Under the pieces are notes generated by a model that was not told where the DNA came from, did no database searches, and worked only from the letters and a program-made list of their open reading frames with translations. A stretch of DNA of 64,000 bases, taken from positions 11,966,001 through 12,030,000 of the forward strand of contig CP158635.1 of the NCBI GenBank assembly GCA_050273025.1, written 5' to 3'. Numbering within the stretch: position 1 is the first letter of the stretch; every line of letters begins with the position of its first letter. Shown piece by piece: positions 28,301 through 41,410 of the stretch. Source of the DNA: Cenococcum geophilum (lineage: Eukaryota). A program made the position numbers and the translations under genes.

Positions 28301-29310
28301 TGCTGTATATATTAGTTCTAGGGCATAATATGCCGTAGATTTGATTGGAGATGGTTATTTCTTTATTGGGTAGGTAGTAGGCGTATTCTGCTGCTGTAGC
28401 GGCTTCCTAAGGTATTGCTGTGTGTTAATATTGGCGTCCTTATAAAGTAGTAGCTTTACGACCTATATATAGCTATTTAAAGCCGCTTAAAGTGTATTGC
28501 CGTAAAATCCACCTTACGCGTTAATATTAGCGCCCTTATTAAGCAGCAACTTTATAACCTATATATGGCCTCTAGCTAAAGCCGCCTAGAGTATATTGCC
28601 GTAGAATCTACCTTATGCGTTAATATTGGCGCCCTTATTAAGCAGCAACTTTATAACCTATATATAGCCTCTAGCTAAAGCTACCCAGAGTATATTGCCG
28701 TAGAATCTACCTTACGCGTTAATATTAGCGCTTTTATTAAGCAGTAGCTTTATAACCTATATATAGTCTCTATATAAAGCCGCCTAGAGTATATTACTGT
28801 AGTATTTACCTTACGCGTTAACATTGGCGCCCTTATTAAAAAGTAGCTTTACTACTATATTATATCTAAACTCTACCGCAAGTAATAGCAGCGTCCGTCT
28901 ATAGCTGTCTCTTAGGTCTACTAAAATTATAATATTTCTTCCTAGCTTAGATAGCAGCTTCTCTAATAGAGAAAGTAATCTATATTACGCTGTTAAGTGC
29001 AATTCTGTTATTTCTCTAGGATATTTTTAACTATACTTACCGTATTTATAAGTTAATACTGATATAACCTATATAGTATAGTAAATTAAGCTATTACGCT
29101 GAAGAAAAGAATAAGCTAGTTTAGATACCTAATCTTAAACCATTAGTGTATACAATCCCTAGTGCTAAGCAGTATAGTTTAAAAATATATTTTGCTCTAG
29201 CCTACCCTTAAAGTCTTTATTAGTAGAATAGCTGCTACGTTTAAAGGTACTAAAGGAGAGGTAAGTAAGACACGTTAAGGCTATATCTAGCTACGCGTAA
29301 GGATTTTACT
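22380..29310 (-). pseudogene. Ankyrin-repeat protein pseudogene, probably the C-terminal part of a NACHT-ANK NLR-like gene, split by a LINE
   Basis: ~12 near-identical 99-bp units (22440-23190 and 28420-28900), de-RIPed consensus GADVNAQGG.YGNALQAA..GH.QVVKLLLDK; upstream DIALTCLTYLSF / NY(A)A(Q)H(W)G segment at 29160-29290 typical of the helical region after a NACHT domain. Confidence 0.85.
23192..28418 (-). mobile_element. Near full-length Tad1-like LINE (ORF1 + APE-RT ORF2), RIP-mutated
   Basis: (AAT)n tail at 23192; 14-bp TSD TATATGTTAATATT (23178-23191) vs TGTGTGTTAATATT (28419-28432); endonuclease IIVLGDFN at ~26410; RT GIP(Q)GSPLSPILFLF and GFI(D)(D) at 24920-24800; ORF1 with zinc knuckles at ~27400-27150. 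Confidence 0.93.
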
Positions 29311-29539
29311 TTTCTCTAATCCTATTACGGAACCCTACTATAGGGGCCTCCATAGGAGAGCCCCGTGCTCTTACGTATTATCTTAGTCCTAGACGATTAA
29401 CCAATTATAAGCTGCTTACATAACAGATTAATTATCTTATATTGTTGTCGTCTGGTACACGGTTCGGAAATTTATTAATCCCTTACGCCGATTTGTATAT
29501 AATTCTTATATAAACTCACATGCCATACTAAATTTTTAG

Positions 29540-29855
29540 CTATTAATTAATAACGAACCAACGCCTTTATAAATAATTGGCCAATGTTATGTTCTAGAGC
29601 TTTATAGGGCGATTTTAATACTACTAAAATTATTATAAATGGCCTAGTGGTTACTGCTACATTTTACCTTAAATAAGCGAATCTCCCCTTTAAAGCTCTG
29701 CTTAAAACTTTACTACTATTAATTAATAATAAACTAACGCCTTTATAGATAATAGGCCAACTTTATATTCTAGAGCTTTATAAGGCTATTCTAACGCTAC
29801 TAAAATTATTGCAAACGGTATCGTGGTTACTGCTATATTTTGCCTTAAATATTAC
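29540..29855 (+). repeat. Tandem duplication, period 176 bp
   Basis: TTCTAGAGCTTTATA at 29592 and 29768, with ~140 bp of alignable sequence. Confidence 0.85.
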
Positions 29856-30014
29856 CGCTAAAATAGTAAATATTTAGCTAGAGCCATTAACCATTACCAA
29901 TCCTTAATATTTAACCTCCTATATTAATATTTATAGTAGATAAATACCTAAATAGCTAATATATTGTATCTAGACTAACTCTGGGCCTTATTACCTGCTT
30001 TATTGCTCCTCCGC

Positions 30015-30598
30015 TGCCTGCACAAACGCCTGCACAAACGCCTGCACGAAAGGCTGCACGAAGCCTGCACAACGTCTGCACGAACGCCTGCACGAATACA
30101 AACTCTATATAAAGCTCTGCACGAGGCTCTGCACGAGGCTCTGCTTAAAGCTCCGGTCGAAGCTCTGGTTGAAGCTCTGGTCGAAGCTCTGGTCGAAACT
30201 CCGGTCGAAACTCTGGTCGAAACTCTGGTCGAAACTCTGGTCGAAACTCTGGTTGAAGCTCTGCTCGAGGCTCTACTCGAGGCTCTGCTTGAGGCTCCAC
30301 TCGGAGCTCTGGTCGAGGCTCTGGTCGAAGCTCTGGTCGAAGCTCTGGTCGAAGCTCTGGCCGAAGCTCTGCTTGAGGCTCTGGTCGAGACTCTGGTCAA
30401 GGCTCCGCTCGAGGCTCCGCTCGAAGCTCTGGTCAAATCCGTGGTCGAAGCTCTGGTTGAAGCTCTGCTCGAAGCTCTGCACGAAGCTCTGCACGAAGCT
30501 CTGCACGAAGCTCTGCACGAAGCTCTGCACGAAGCTCTGCACAAGGCTCTGCTCGAAGCTCTACTCAAAACCTTATATAGAGCTTTAAAGCTCTACTA
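30015..30598. repeat. 12-bp minisatellite GAAGCTCT(GGTC/GCAC/GCTC)
   Basis: Roughly 45 tandem 12-mers, which produce the four overlapping low-complexity ORFs in the ORF track. Confidence 0.95.
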
Positions 30599-30660
30599 AT
30601 ATAGCACTAATATACTACGAAGGTTCTATAATTAGCTATATAACCGCCTATATAATTACC

Positions 30661-32197
30661 ATTATTAATTCTATTTATTGCCCAATTTAGTCCCTTTTTA
30701 GGTCTATATAGGAAAAAGCCCTATAAGGGGAAACCCCTAAGTATTTCCTTTTAGCTAGTCCTATTCGTTCCGCCTTCGCCTAGCTAGTATATCTTTATAT
30801 CTTTTAGTCTACCTTATATACTATACTTCCTAGGTATATTAGAAAATCTAAAAGGAGTAGTAAAAGGGTCTAGAAATTCGCTAGTAAGCCGCCTATAGCT
30901 AGGCGGGGGTATTTAGTCCTTAAGGGGCTAGAATAGGGCGTATTATTTAATGTCCTCCTATTAGATCTTATATGCTATTTAGAACTACTAAAGAATTCCT
31001 TAGCCTATAAGCTATTTTACTACTATTTATAAGCCCCTACTTATAGAGAGTATCTAAGTAATATTATTTATGCCTACGCTAGCGAGTAGCTAGTCCCTTA
31101 CTAAGCGGTAGCTATAGAATAGTAGTATATAATATACTAACTAAATAGGCCACCGGTATATATATTAAGGTAACTAAGAAGTAGTCTGTATAGGCCTAAT
31201 AGGGATTTAAATTAGACGTTAAGTAATAAATAATTATTCTTATATATTAAGGTAAGATATTTAAAATATAGATATTAGCTATATATTTAGACCTAGGACC
31301 TTTATCTATAGTAGAAAGACGGCTATAGATTTTACCTTTGTTAGTCCTTTATATAAAAGAAAAGTTAGTATTAACTATAGGGTATTCTATATAGCTGCGT
31401 CTTATATTTTTACTACCTCTTTCTATTATTATTTCTATTTAAAATCTACTTATTTTATAATTAGTATAGTAAATCTCTATCTATATTAATAACCTCCTAT
31501 TCTCTATTACTATTATAGTGCTCTACTAGTATAGCGCTAGGTCTTTACTTAGTAAGATAATAATTCCTATATTTCCTTTTCTCTCTATTATTTATAGGTA
31601 GAGGGCTTCCTAGCTAGTATATTTAGGCGTATTACCTCTTTAAAGGGCTATCGTTTTTTATATATATCTCGTTCCTTATATATATTTTCTTCTACTAGGT
31701 AGCCTTATACTATAACTGCTCTTTATATAGTAGTTAAGTTAATATATAAGTCTAGTAGTAGAACTACTACTTCACGTTCTAGTATAGCGCGTAGTATTCT
31801 TTTATAGGCCCCTATAGTTCTATATAGGCACTAGTTTTATAGCTTAGCTAGTAGCGCTAAAGAGCTTTTTATTAGTACCTTGCTATTTAGTCTTAGGCCC
31901 TTAATCTAAAAGCCGTATAGTATTATTAACCTTATTACTACTATATATAGTAGGCGTATATATTTAAAAGAGGGTCCTTATATTAAGGTAGTTATTTATA
32001 ATACTGCTAAAAGTACTACTCCTCCCTTATAAGTAGTCTATATAATATACTTATTCTAGTTTAGCCTAGAGTCTACCTAAACCCCTAAGACCTTAAGGGT
32101 AGCTTCTAGTTTTACTTTATAGCCTTAGATATTTACTATTAAGGCTAAGTTACTACTTACCCTTTTTTTCCTTATAAAGTAGATAAGCTAGTAATTA
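30661..32197 (-). mobile_element. 5'-truncated Tad1-like LINE copy
   Basis: Tail ATTATTAATTCTATTTATTGCCC; aligns by eye to 23192-24690. Confidence 0.9.
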
Positions 32198-35100
32198 TCT
32201 TAGACTATATACCTATATGGATAACGCTTAATGTCGCTACACTAGCGTAATAAACCCGCTAAAGATACGTTACTAAGAAATTTAACTTAAAAAAGTATAC
32301 CTAGGAAGTTACTAATAGGCTAGTAGCTATACCTTAGGTATTACTAGAGAACATCTAAAGGATTATAAGTAACTACTTAAAAGAATACTACCTAAAGGCC
32401 TAGCCTAGAAAATACGCCTACCGTAAATAGTCGCTAGAAACGGCCTAACTACTTATAGGCGCAAAAAGAGCAAGGTAATAGTATAGTATAATAAATAAAG
32501 CCTACTACTAATAGAGCTATAAGGCCCTAAAGAATAGGTCTAAGAAGATAATATAAAAGGAGGGCAGAAATAGCTAGCGCTAATTCCTAGAAGAAATTAC
32601 CTTAAACCTTACTAAACTATATAATAAGGGACTCTAGTATATATTAAAGTAAAATAGGCGAGCTGCTAAAGAGATGCTAGGGGACTTTTACCTACCTATA
32701 CTTTATTAGATAGAATAGGACTAGTATATAAATAATAATGAGGAAATTATTAAAATATTAGTAGAAGTTCTTTTTAGGCGTGGGCTAAACAGACCTATAG
32801 AATATTAGTAGCTAATTCTACCTCTTACCTATTAATATAAGTTATATAATATTAGTAAAAGAAATAAAGGACGCTATATAAAAGCTCCTTATTAGTAAAG
32901 CATTAAGGCTAAATAAGATCCTAAATAAGGCAATTAAAGCCGTAGTAAAAGTGGTAGTAATACTATTCGCTAATGTCGTAACTACCTACCTTTAGAGAGG
33001 CGAACTACCTAAATACTTTAAAGTAATAACTATAGTCGTCTTATAAAAGGTATAAAAAAAGACTACTCTATTTTAGAAAGCTATTAACCCTAAAAAGGCT
33101 CTTAAAAAAGATAGTTATAAAACGTATATAAGAAGCGGCAGAAGTATAAAAGCTACTACTGTAGATATAAACAGGCGTAAGAAAGAAAAGATTAACCCTT
33201 TTAGCCCTCTTCCTACTTACCTCTAGTATCTAAGCGGTATAGTAAGCTTACTTAGGATATATTATATTTATACTAAGCCTAGACCTAAGCGGAATATTTA
33301 ATAATATATTATATAAGAGACTTCTATAAATCCTAAGAAATAAAGGCCTATTAAACTAGATAATTAAGTTTATCTAAGCCTTTCTAATAGGGCGTACTAT
33401 AAAAATTATAATTAAGGGCTATAAAAGCGAATTAATACTAATACCTATAGGTATTATATAGGGATTACCCCTATTTCTAATTCTAGTTCTTTTCTTTATA
33501 TCTAAACTACTAGAGATATATAATAATAGCTAGGATAATAGCTATATAAAATTATAGGAGCCTATAAAAGAACACTATATACCGTAATAAAACGTAAAGT
33601 AGTAGTACTGCTATTAGACGTATATATAGAAGCAACTACTATATAGAGGGCATCTATAGTATAAGGCCACCTAATAGAAAAGGAGATACGCTAGATAGTA
33701 GAGCGTATATAAGGAGCAAGGGCCCTATAAAGAGGCATTACGCCTAAGCTTATAAGTTAAAAAGCTCTCTATCTATAAGTGGTAGAGAAAGAATAGGAAG
33801 TATAAGAGCTACTATAATACTTAGCGCCACGCTAGTAAAGTACTATAATAATAATAGAGGATAGGGGGCTACTAGTATAAGTGGAGATCCACCACATATA
33901 TCAAAAGATAGGTAAATATTAAGTGGAAATGATACTAAAAGAAGGCGGTAATAGCGTAGAGAGGAACTACGTAGAGCACCCTATAAATAATATTAACTTT
34001 CTCCCTATATAAAGGATAGATAAAGGCAGAATTTATAGCCGCCTTTCTATTATAGATAGAGGTCTTAGAACTAAACGTATATCTAGTAAGCATTTATATC
34101 CTAAATACTATACTATACTATACGTATAAATAGCCTATATAGTTAGTACGCTATATAATACTCTTCTATAACTACTATATAGTAAAAGACTAGCTATTTA
34201 CTAGGGTAGGTATAAATAATATTACCTAAATACTATTTATAAGTAGGGGCCTATATAAAACAGTATAATAGTTTATAGATTAAGAAGTTCTTTGGTAGTT
34301 TTAGATAGCGTATAAGATCTAATAGGAGGACATAGGGGGATATGCCCCTTTTTAGCCCCTTAGGGACTAAACAACCCTACTAAGCTAAAGGCGGCTTATA
34401 GGCGACTTACTAAATCCTCCCACTACCCCCTAGACCTTCTAAGATACCTTAAAAGTATAGTATAAAAGGTAAATAGGCTAGGCGTAGGCGGAGCGCGTAA
34501 GACTAACTAAAAGGACACACCTAGGGTTTTCCCTTATTAGGGATTTTTCCTATAAATAGAAGGTAGAAGCCTATATAGACCTAATAAAGGGACTAAATTG
34601 TGCAATAAATAGAATAAATAAATAATAGTAATAATAGCTAGGATATAATAGTCCTAGAATTTATAGATAATATAAACCTAGTTATATAGGGAAATATAGT
34701 AGTAGAAAACTATACTAGGCTAAACTAGCATATAATAGGTACATTATATAGGCAAAACAATATAGCGCTAAATTCGTACTAGATAATTACTAGCTTATTT
34801 ACTTTATAAGGGAAAAAAGGGTAAGTAGCGACCTAGCCTTAATAGTAAATATCTAGAGCTGCGAAGTAAAACTAGAAGCTACCCTTAAGGTCCTAGGGGT
34901 TTAGATAGACTCTAGGTTAAACTAAAACGAGTATACTATATAGGAGACTTATAGAGAAGTAGTAGTATTTTTAGTAGTATTATAAATTACTACTTTAATA
35001 TAAGGACCCTCTTTTAAATATATACGCCTACTATATATAGTAGTAGTAAGGCTAATAGTGCTATACGGCTCCTAAATCTAGGGCTTAGGACTAGGCAGTA

Positions 35101-36169
35101 AGGTATCAGTAAAAATCTCCCTAGCGCTACTAGCTAAGCTATAAAACTAGTACCTATATAGAACCATAGGGGCCTATAGAAGAATACTACGCGCTATACT
35201 AGAACGTGAAGTAGTAGTTCTACTACTAGACTTATATATTAACTTAACTACTATATAAAGAGTAGTTATAGTATAAGGCTACTTAGTAGAAGAAAATATA
35301 TATAAGGAACGAAATATATATAAAAAAACAATAGCCCTTTAAAGAGGTAATACGCCTAAATATACTAGCTAGGAAGCCTACTACCTATAAATAGTAAAGA
35401 GAGAAAAGGAAATATAGAAACTATTAGCTTACTAGGTAGAGACCTAACGCTATTTTAGTAAAGTGCTATAATAGTAATAGAGGATAAAAGGTTATTAATA
35501 TAGATAGAAATCTACAACACTAATTATAAGATAGGCAGATCTTAAATAGAAGCGATAATAGAAGGAGGTAGCGAAAATATAAGACGCAGTTATAAAGAAC
35601 ACCCTATAGTTAATACTAATAAAGGTAAAATCTATAGTTGCCTTTCTACTATAGATAGAGGTTTTAGGCCTAAATATATAGCTAATAAGTATTTATATTT
35701 TAAATACCTTACCTTAATATATATACGGGTGGCCTATTTAGTTAGTACGCTATATATTACTATTTTACAGTTACCGCTTAGTAAGGGACTAGCTACTTAC
35801 TAGTATAGGCATAAATAATATTACCTAAATACTCTTTATAAGTAGAGGCTTATAGGTAGTAATAAGATAGCTTATAAACTAAGAAGTTCTTTAATAGTTC
35901 TAAATAGTATATAAGATCTAATAGGAGGATACTAAAGGGTACGCCCTTTTCTAGCCCCTTAAAGACTAAATACCCCTACCTAGCCGTAGGTAGTACGCTA
36001 GCAATTTACTAGATACTTTTTCTACCCCCCCCCCTTAAATCTTCTAATATACCTAAAAAAATAGTATATAAGGTAGACTTAAAGATATAAAGATATATTA
36101 GTTTAGTAAAGGTGGAATATATAAAACTAGCTAAAAGGAAATACCTAGGGTTTTCCCTTTATAGGGCCT
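32198..36169 (+). mobile_element. 5'-truncated Tad1-like LINE copy (end of endonuclease to 3' end), with another LINE nested inside
   Basis: Reverse complement of ~26180-23260; RT motifs at ~33450 and ~34660. Confidence 0.88.
33538..34628 (+). mobile_element. 5'-truncated LINE inserted into a LINE
   Basis: 3' tail AATAGAATAAATAATAATA; flanked by TAATAATAGCTAGGATA at 33521-33537 and 34629-34645. Confidence 0.8.
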
Positions 36170-37257
36170 TTTCCTATAAAGGGAAAACCCTAAGTATTTC
36201 CTTTTAGCTAGTTTTATATATTCTACCTTTACTAAACTAATATATCTTTATATCTTTAGGTCTACCTTATATACTATACTTTTTAGGTATATTAGAAGAT
36301 CTAGGGTAGGTAGTAGGAGTATCTAGTAATTAATTAGCGTACTACCTATAGCTAGGCGGCGGTATTTAGTCTCTAAGGGGCTAAAAGGGGTATATCCTTT
36401 AGTATCCTCCTATTAGATCTTATATACTATTTAGAACTATTATTTATACCTATATTAGTAAATAGCTAGTACCTTACTAAGTAGTAGCTATAGAAAAGTG
36501 GTATATAATATACTGGCTAAATAGGCTATCTATAAGTGTATTAAGGTATAGTATTTAGAATATAGATACTTACTAACTATATATTTAGGCTTAAAATCTC
36601 TATCTCTAGTAGGAAGGCGGCTATAGATTTTACCTTTATTAGTCCTTTATATAGGAGGAGTATTAGTATTAACTATAGGGTATTCTATATAGCTACGTCT
36701 TATATTTTTACTACCTCCTTCTATTATCGCTTCTATTTAAGGTCTGCCTATTTTGTAATAAGTATAGTAAATCTCTATCTATACTAATAGCCTCTTATCC
36801 TCTATTACTATAGTAGTACTCTACTATTACGGCGCTAGGTCTCCGCCTAGTAAGCTAGTAGTTCCTATATTTTCTTTTCTCTCTTTATTACCTATAGGTA
36901 GAGGGCTTTCTAGCTAGTATACTTAGGCGTATTACCTCTTTAAGGGGCCCTCAATCCTTATATACGTCTTATTCCTTATATACGTTTTAGTATTTAGCGT
37001 ATATTTTCTTTTACTAGGTAGCCTTATACTATAACTATTCTCTATATAGTAGTTATATTAATATATAAGTCTACTAGTAAAACTACTACTTTATGTTTTA
37101 GTATAGCGCGTAGTGTTCTCTTATAAACCCCTATAGTTCTATATAGGTACTAGTTTTATAGCTTAGCTAGTAGCGCTAAGGAGCTTTTTATTAATACCTT
37201 ACTACCTAGTCCTAGGCCCTAGATCTAGGAGCCGTATAGTATTATTAGCCTTACTAT
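36170..37257 (-). mobile_element. LINE 3' fragment in inverted (fold-back) orientation
   Basis: Reverse complement of ~35045-36165, joined at the hairpin TATAGG-GCCTTTT-CCTATA. Confidence 0.88.
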
Positions 37258-37359
37258 AAATAAATGAATAAATATCTATATAATTTCCTATATAATTATT
37301 TCTATAAATTCTATAATTAATTACTAGTATAAAAATATATATCTATACGCCTATATATT

Positions 37360-37718
37360 TATATAAAGCTCTATATAAAGCTCTATATAAGGCTCCATAT
37401 AAGGCTCTATATAAAGTTCTATATAAGGCTCTGCATAAAGCTCTATATAAGGCTCTATATAAAGCTCCGCTCGAAGCTCTACTTAAAGCTCTACTCGAAG
37501 CTCTGCTTAAAGCTCTGCTTAAAGCTCCTCAAAGCTCTGTATAAGGCTCTGCTCAAAGCTCTGCACAAGGCTCTGCACAAAGCTCTGTACGAGGCTTTGC
37601 ACGAAGCTCTGCACGGGGCTCTGCACGAAGCTCTGCACGAAGCTCTGCACGAAGCTCTACATAAAGCTCTATAGAAGCTCTGTACAAGGCTCTACACAAG
37701 GCTCTGCATAAGGCTCTA
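37360..37718. repeat. Second tract of the 12-bp GAAGCTCTGCAC minisatellite
   Basis: Same unit and orientation as 30015-30598; left part RIPed to AAAGCTCTATAT. Confidence 0.92.
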
Positions 37719-39001
37719 CCCCCTTCTATAAGGCAAATCTATACCTACTAGTAGTCCTTAAGTATTATTTAAAGCTGGCTTATTAATTTAGGTACTCTAG
37801 CTACGGTAAAAAGAGGGCGGCGGTAGTTATAGGAGAGGTGCGGCTGCTACGACTTAGGGGCGTCGGGCGCGATAATAAGATAAAAAATTAGAACCGGGCG
37901 GGTTGGGCAACGTAGTCTTCTTCGCTAGGTTTAATTTGGTAATTCTGGCCATTAGGAATAGCTTAGGGAGCTATAGAAGTTAAGACAATTTGGCTTAAAG
38001 TAGGTGTATATAGGCCTAAATACCCCGCGCGGGACTAATAAAAATCCGAACCGTATACTAGACCTTCTAACGAGGTCTTGCTAAAAGCGGTTAGCGTCTT
38101 AGCAAGTAAGCCTTGGCAAGAAGGTCTGGGAACGAGACAACTTGCGTACACCTTACGTATAGCTTATGTCAGCTACGCGTAGGTATATCACCTCCTTACG
38201 CCCTTAACCCTTACGATTGATCGCGTAACGTCTTATAGACTCCTTAAATACATACACTCTATAGCTATTACCCCCGTCCCATAATATTACGTTACGCCTT
38301 TTTATTACTAACGCTTAGCCTATAACTAATTCTACATCTCTGTAATACTATAGGCGCTGCTAAAAGCAGCGTATCTACAAGTTACCTTACTCTATACTTC
38401 TAAGGAACCCACTATAATAAGATAATATTCCTTACTAGCTACTATATTAAACCTAAAGAATAACCTAATACCTATACTTAACCTATAACGCCAATTAATC
38501 CCAAAAGAATCTAATTTATTAGCCCTAGCCTTAACCCCTAAAGAGGTAGACACTAATAATATCTTATTTTTTATTAACTATATAACTACGGATAAGTCAG
38601 CAGAAGGGCTACTATCTATTAAAATTAAAATATAAGACGCCGAGATATTTATAAAAATAGTAGCATAAGAACCTAATAAATACTATTGCCTTTTATAGAA
38701 CTACTACCTAAAGCCTATATAAGCTAAGATGCGTACTACCTAAAATTGCAATATTATCTAAGACCTATAAGCTTGTAAGGCGCTCGCTAATAATACGCGT
38801 TAAGAAACTAAAAATAACCTCTATGTGTCTAAACGCGACGTCTAATAGTTAAAGAAGGCTAAAATTACACTTATTACTACGGTTACTAAAAAGGAGGGCA
38901 TAATTAAATACTTATAATCTTAGCTTAATAAGCATATTTACAAAGACGTTAGATATCTCTCTACTATATATAATACCACCTAAGTCTCTACGCCCCTAGT
39001 A

Positions 39002-39425
39002 CGGAGGTCGGTAACATAGCCAATTGCACCTTCCCAATTAGGCAGTTAGGATACCCCTAAGCTTCCCACCCGCAGTACTACCTAAGAGCATTAAAGACGC
39101 TAATATTTTCTAATCGTTAATTAGGCAAAAGAAATCAGTAAATTAGGGTTGTAGAAGCCTCTGCTTTGGTAGTTAACGGTATTTAGGCGTCCCAGCGGTC
39201 GGGCGGCCGAGGCGCCCCAGAATTGTGCGACCGCAGATTGCATCCTTTTCTACTTAGGCAGAAGCTTCTACAACCTCAATTCTCGCGTTCTTTGTGCCTA
39301 ATTGACATCTAGATATATTATATACAAAATTCTAGCATTTTTAGGGCTCTGTTAAGAGTTTTCTAAGGAAACATATCCTAACTGCCTAATTGGGAAGGTG
39401 CAATTGGCTATATTACCGACCTCCG
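39002..39425. mobile_element. 424-bp Tc1/mariner-type MITE
   Basis: ~52-bp TIRs CGGAGGTCGGTAACATAGCCAATTGCACCTTCCCAATTAGGCAGTTAGGATA; TA on both sides. Confidence 0.92.
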
Positions 39426-39975
39426 TAACCTTACCTATTTAACGCTTAATAGAGGATTAGCGCTAAGTAGCTTTACCTAATAGGAACCCTTGCTAGAGCG
39501 GTAATAATAAAAGCTATAATAATTAAACCTAAGCTGCTACCGTAGGGTCTAATATATATTACCCTAATCCTCTAGTCTTTTAGGAAAACCGCAAGGAATA
39601 TAGCTACTAGAAGATATAAATCCGCAAAAAACTAACCTAAAGCGCCTACCTTTTTCCTACGGAAGATACTAAGATTAGCTATATTATTAGGCAAATAAAG
39701 GGCATACTATTTAACAGACTCTTTGCCTAATGGGAGACTAATAGCCCCTAAAAGTGGCAGTCCCACTAGGAAGTCCTTAACGATTTTAACCTAATATACC
39801 GCGACTATAACCTATTAGCCACTAGCTAAGCTAAACTATATGCCCTAAAAATAAGCCCTACTAAGATATTAATAAGTTTTATATTAAATTCTAGGAATAC
39901 ATTAGAGCCCTTACTTAAGACGATACTAAAGACTAAGAGGATCTCCTTAAAAAAGTTACTTATTGCCTTAGTTAC

Positions 39976-40137
39976 TGTCATAGATTCCGGCCTAGCGGCC
40001 CTTAGCGAGCCTTGGCACCCTATAGTATATAAAGTGCTAGTCCCTTTATACCTCTTTATACCTTTATATAATATCCTATTATATACTATAGTTAATACTA
40101 TAACGTTTACAAAGCCTCCTAACCTCGTTCCGTGACA
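39976..40137. mobile_element. Solo LTR (162 bp)
   Basis: TGTCA...TGACA termini; GTTAC TSD on both sides. Confidence 0.9.
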
Positions 40138-41410
40138 GTTACGTAGCTACTAGCCATAACTATAATAATATTTATAATATGGTAGCAGCCCTATAGAAGA
40201 TTAAATAACGACTAAACTAGGTTACTACTACTAACTCTTACCTAAAGACCTCTCTATAGAAGCCCTCCGGGCCTACTAAACCTATATATATTAAGCCACC
40301 GACGCCTACTACCTTAAGTACTATTAGAGCCAATATTAACCTCTCTATACTAACCTTTCTGTAAAAACTTCTAGATGGAGAGCGTAAGCTACTTTAAAAA
40401 CTAAAACGCTACTATAGATACTATTAAAAAGGCTATTATTATAATAACCTAAACTACCTAATAGCTAGGTTTAGTAGCTGCCGCCTAATACCTAACCTAA
40501 TACCCTAAATACTAAATATGTCGCTATACGCCACTACTATATAAGATAAAGATATAGTAATAGTAGTAGAATTAGATACGGAAGCGGAAAACGCTAAGTC
40601 TTAGCCCTAAGTTGTAGGTTAGGACGCCTTAATAATAGAGGGATCTATATATCGTCCTGCTTAATAAATAACTTAGTAAAGATAAAGGGATAGAAATAGA
40701 TAGTTTTACCTATAATAGGAACTACTGCTAAAAAATAATATAAAAGCCGTTTTATAATTAACTGCGGAGCTATTAACTAATTTATAAATACCTAACTTAT
40801 GCGTACTTATAACCTACTTACCTTACCCCTTACTAAATCCCGCGCCCTATAACTCGCTAACGGTAGTTATACCGCATAATGTAACGGAACCTTATAGCAG
40901 GAACTACAATGGGCTCGTTAATGGGCTAGGTGTGTAGGTGATATAAATTAAAGTTAATAACGTAATAATAACTGGTAAAGTGGTTGCCTAATAGATTAAC
41001 TCTAATTATATTCTAAGAATTACTACAAAGAAGGAACTATCTAGGTAGGGACTAAGGGTCCTTAAATACATAACCATACTCCTATAAAATCCTTCTTATA
41101 CATAATATACGTCTTATATATAAGGTACGTAAGTTCCTTTCGTTCCTCTTATTTAATATGTAGCATATTATATAACCTTAGTTACCATTCATCGTTATAT
41201 AGTTCTACTAGTTCTATCCTAGACCGTACTTAGATTAACTAACTAGCTTCTTCTAACTCCTCTCTAAGTAGTTGTAATATTGTACTTAAAGCGTCCGTAA
41301 CACTATCTCCCTCCTCTTTATCTTTGTTTTTAAAGATTCCTAATATCTTTAAGTTATTTACTAGAGGTGTAATATCCGTTTAATTAATTTAGTTAATATT
41401 ATTACTTATT

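Noticed and set aside
29975..30599. Four overlapping ORFs (EALV, STRA, SKLW and QSFD repeats) as real proteins
   Set aside because: A 12-bp unit keeps several frames open automatically, and there is no non-repetitive coding context
30661..33545. Twin-priming 5' inversion of a single LINE
   Set aside because: The plus-strand piece continues at 34646 after a nested insertion bounded by a 17-bp TSD, so it is better read as a separate longer copy
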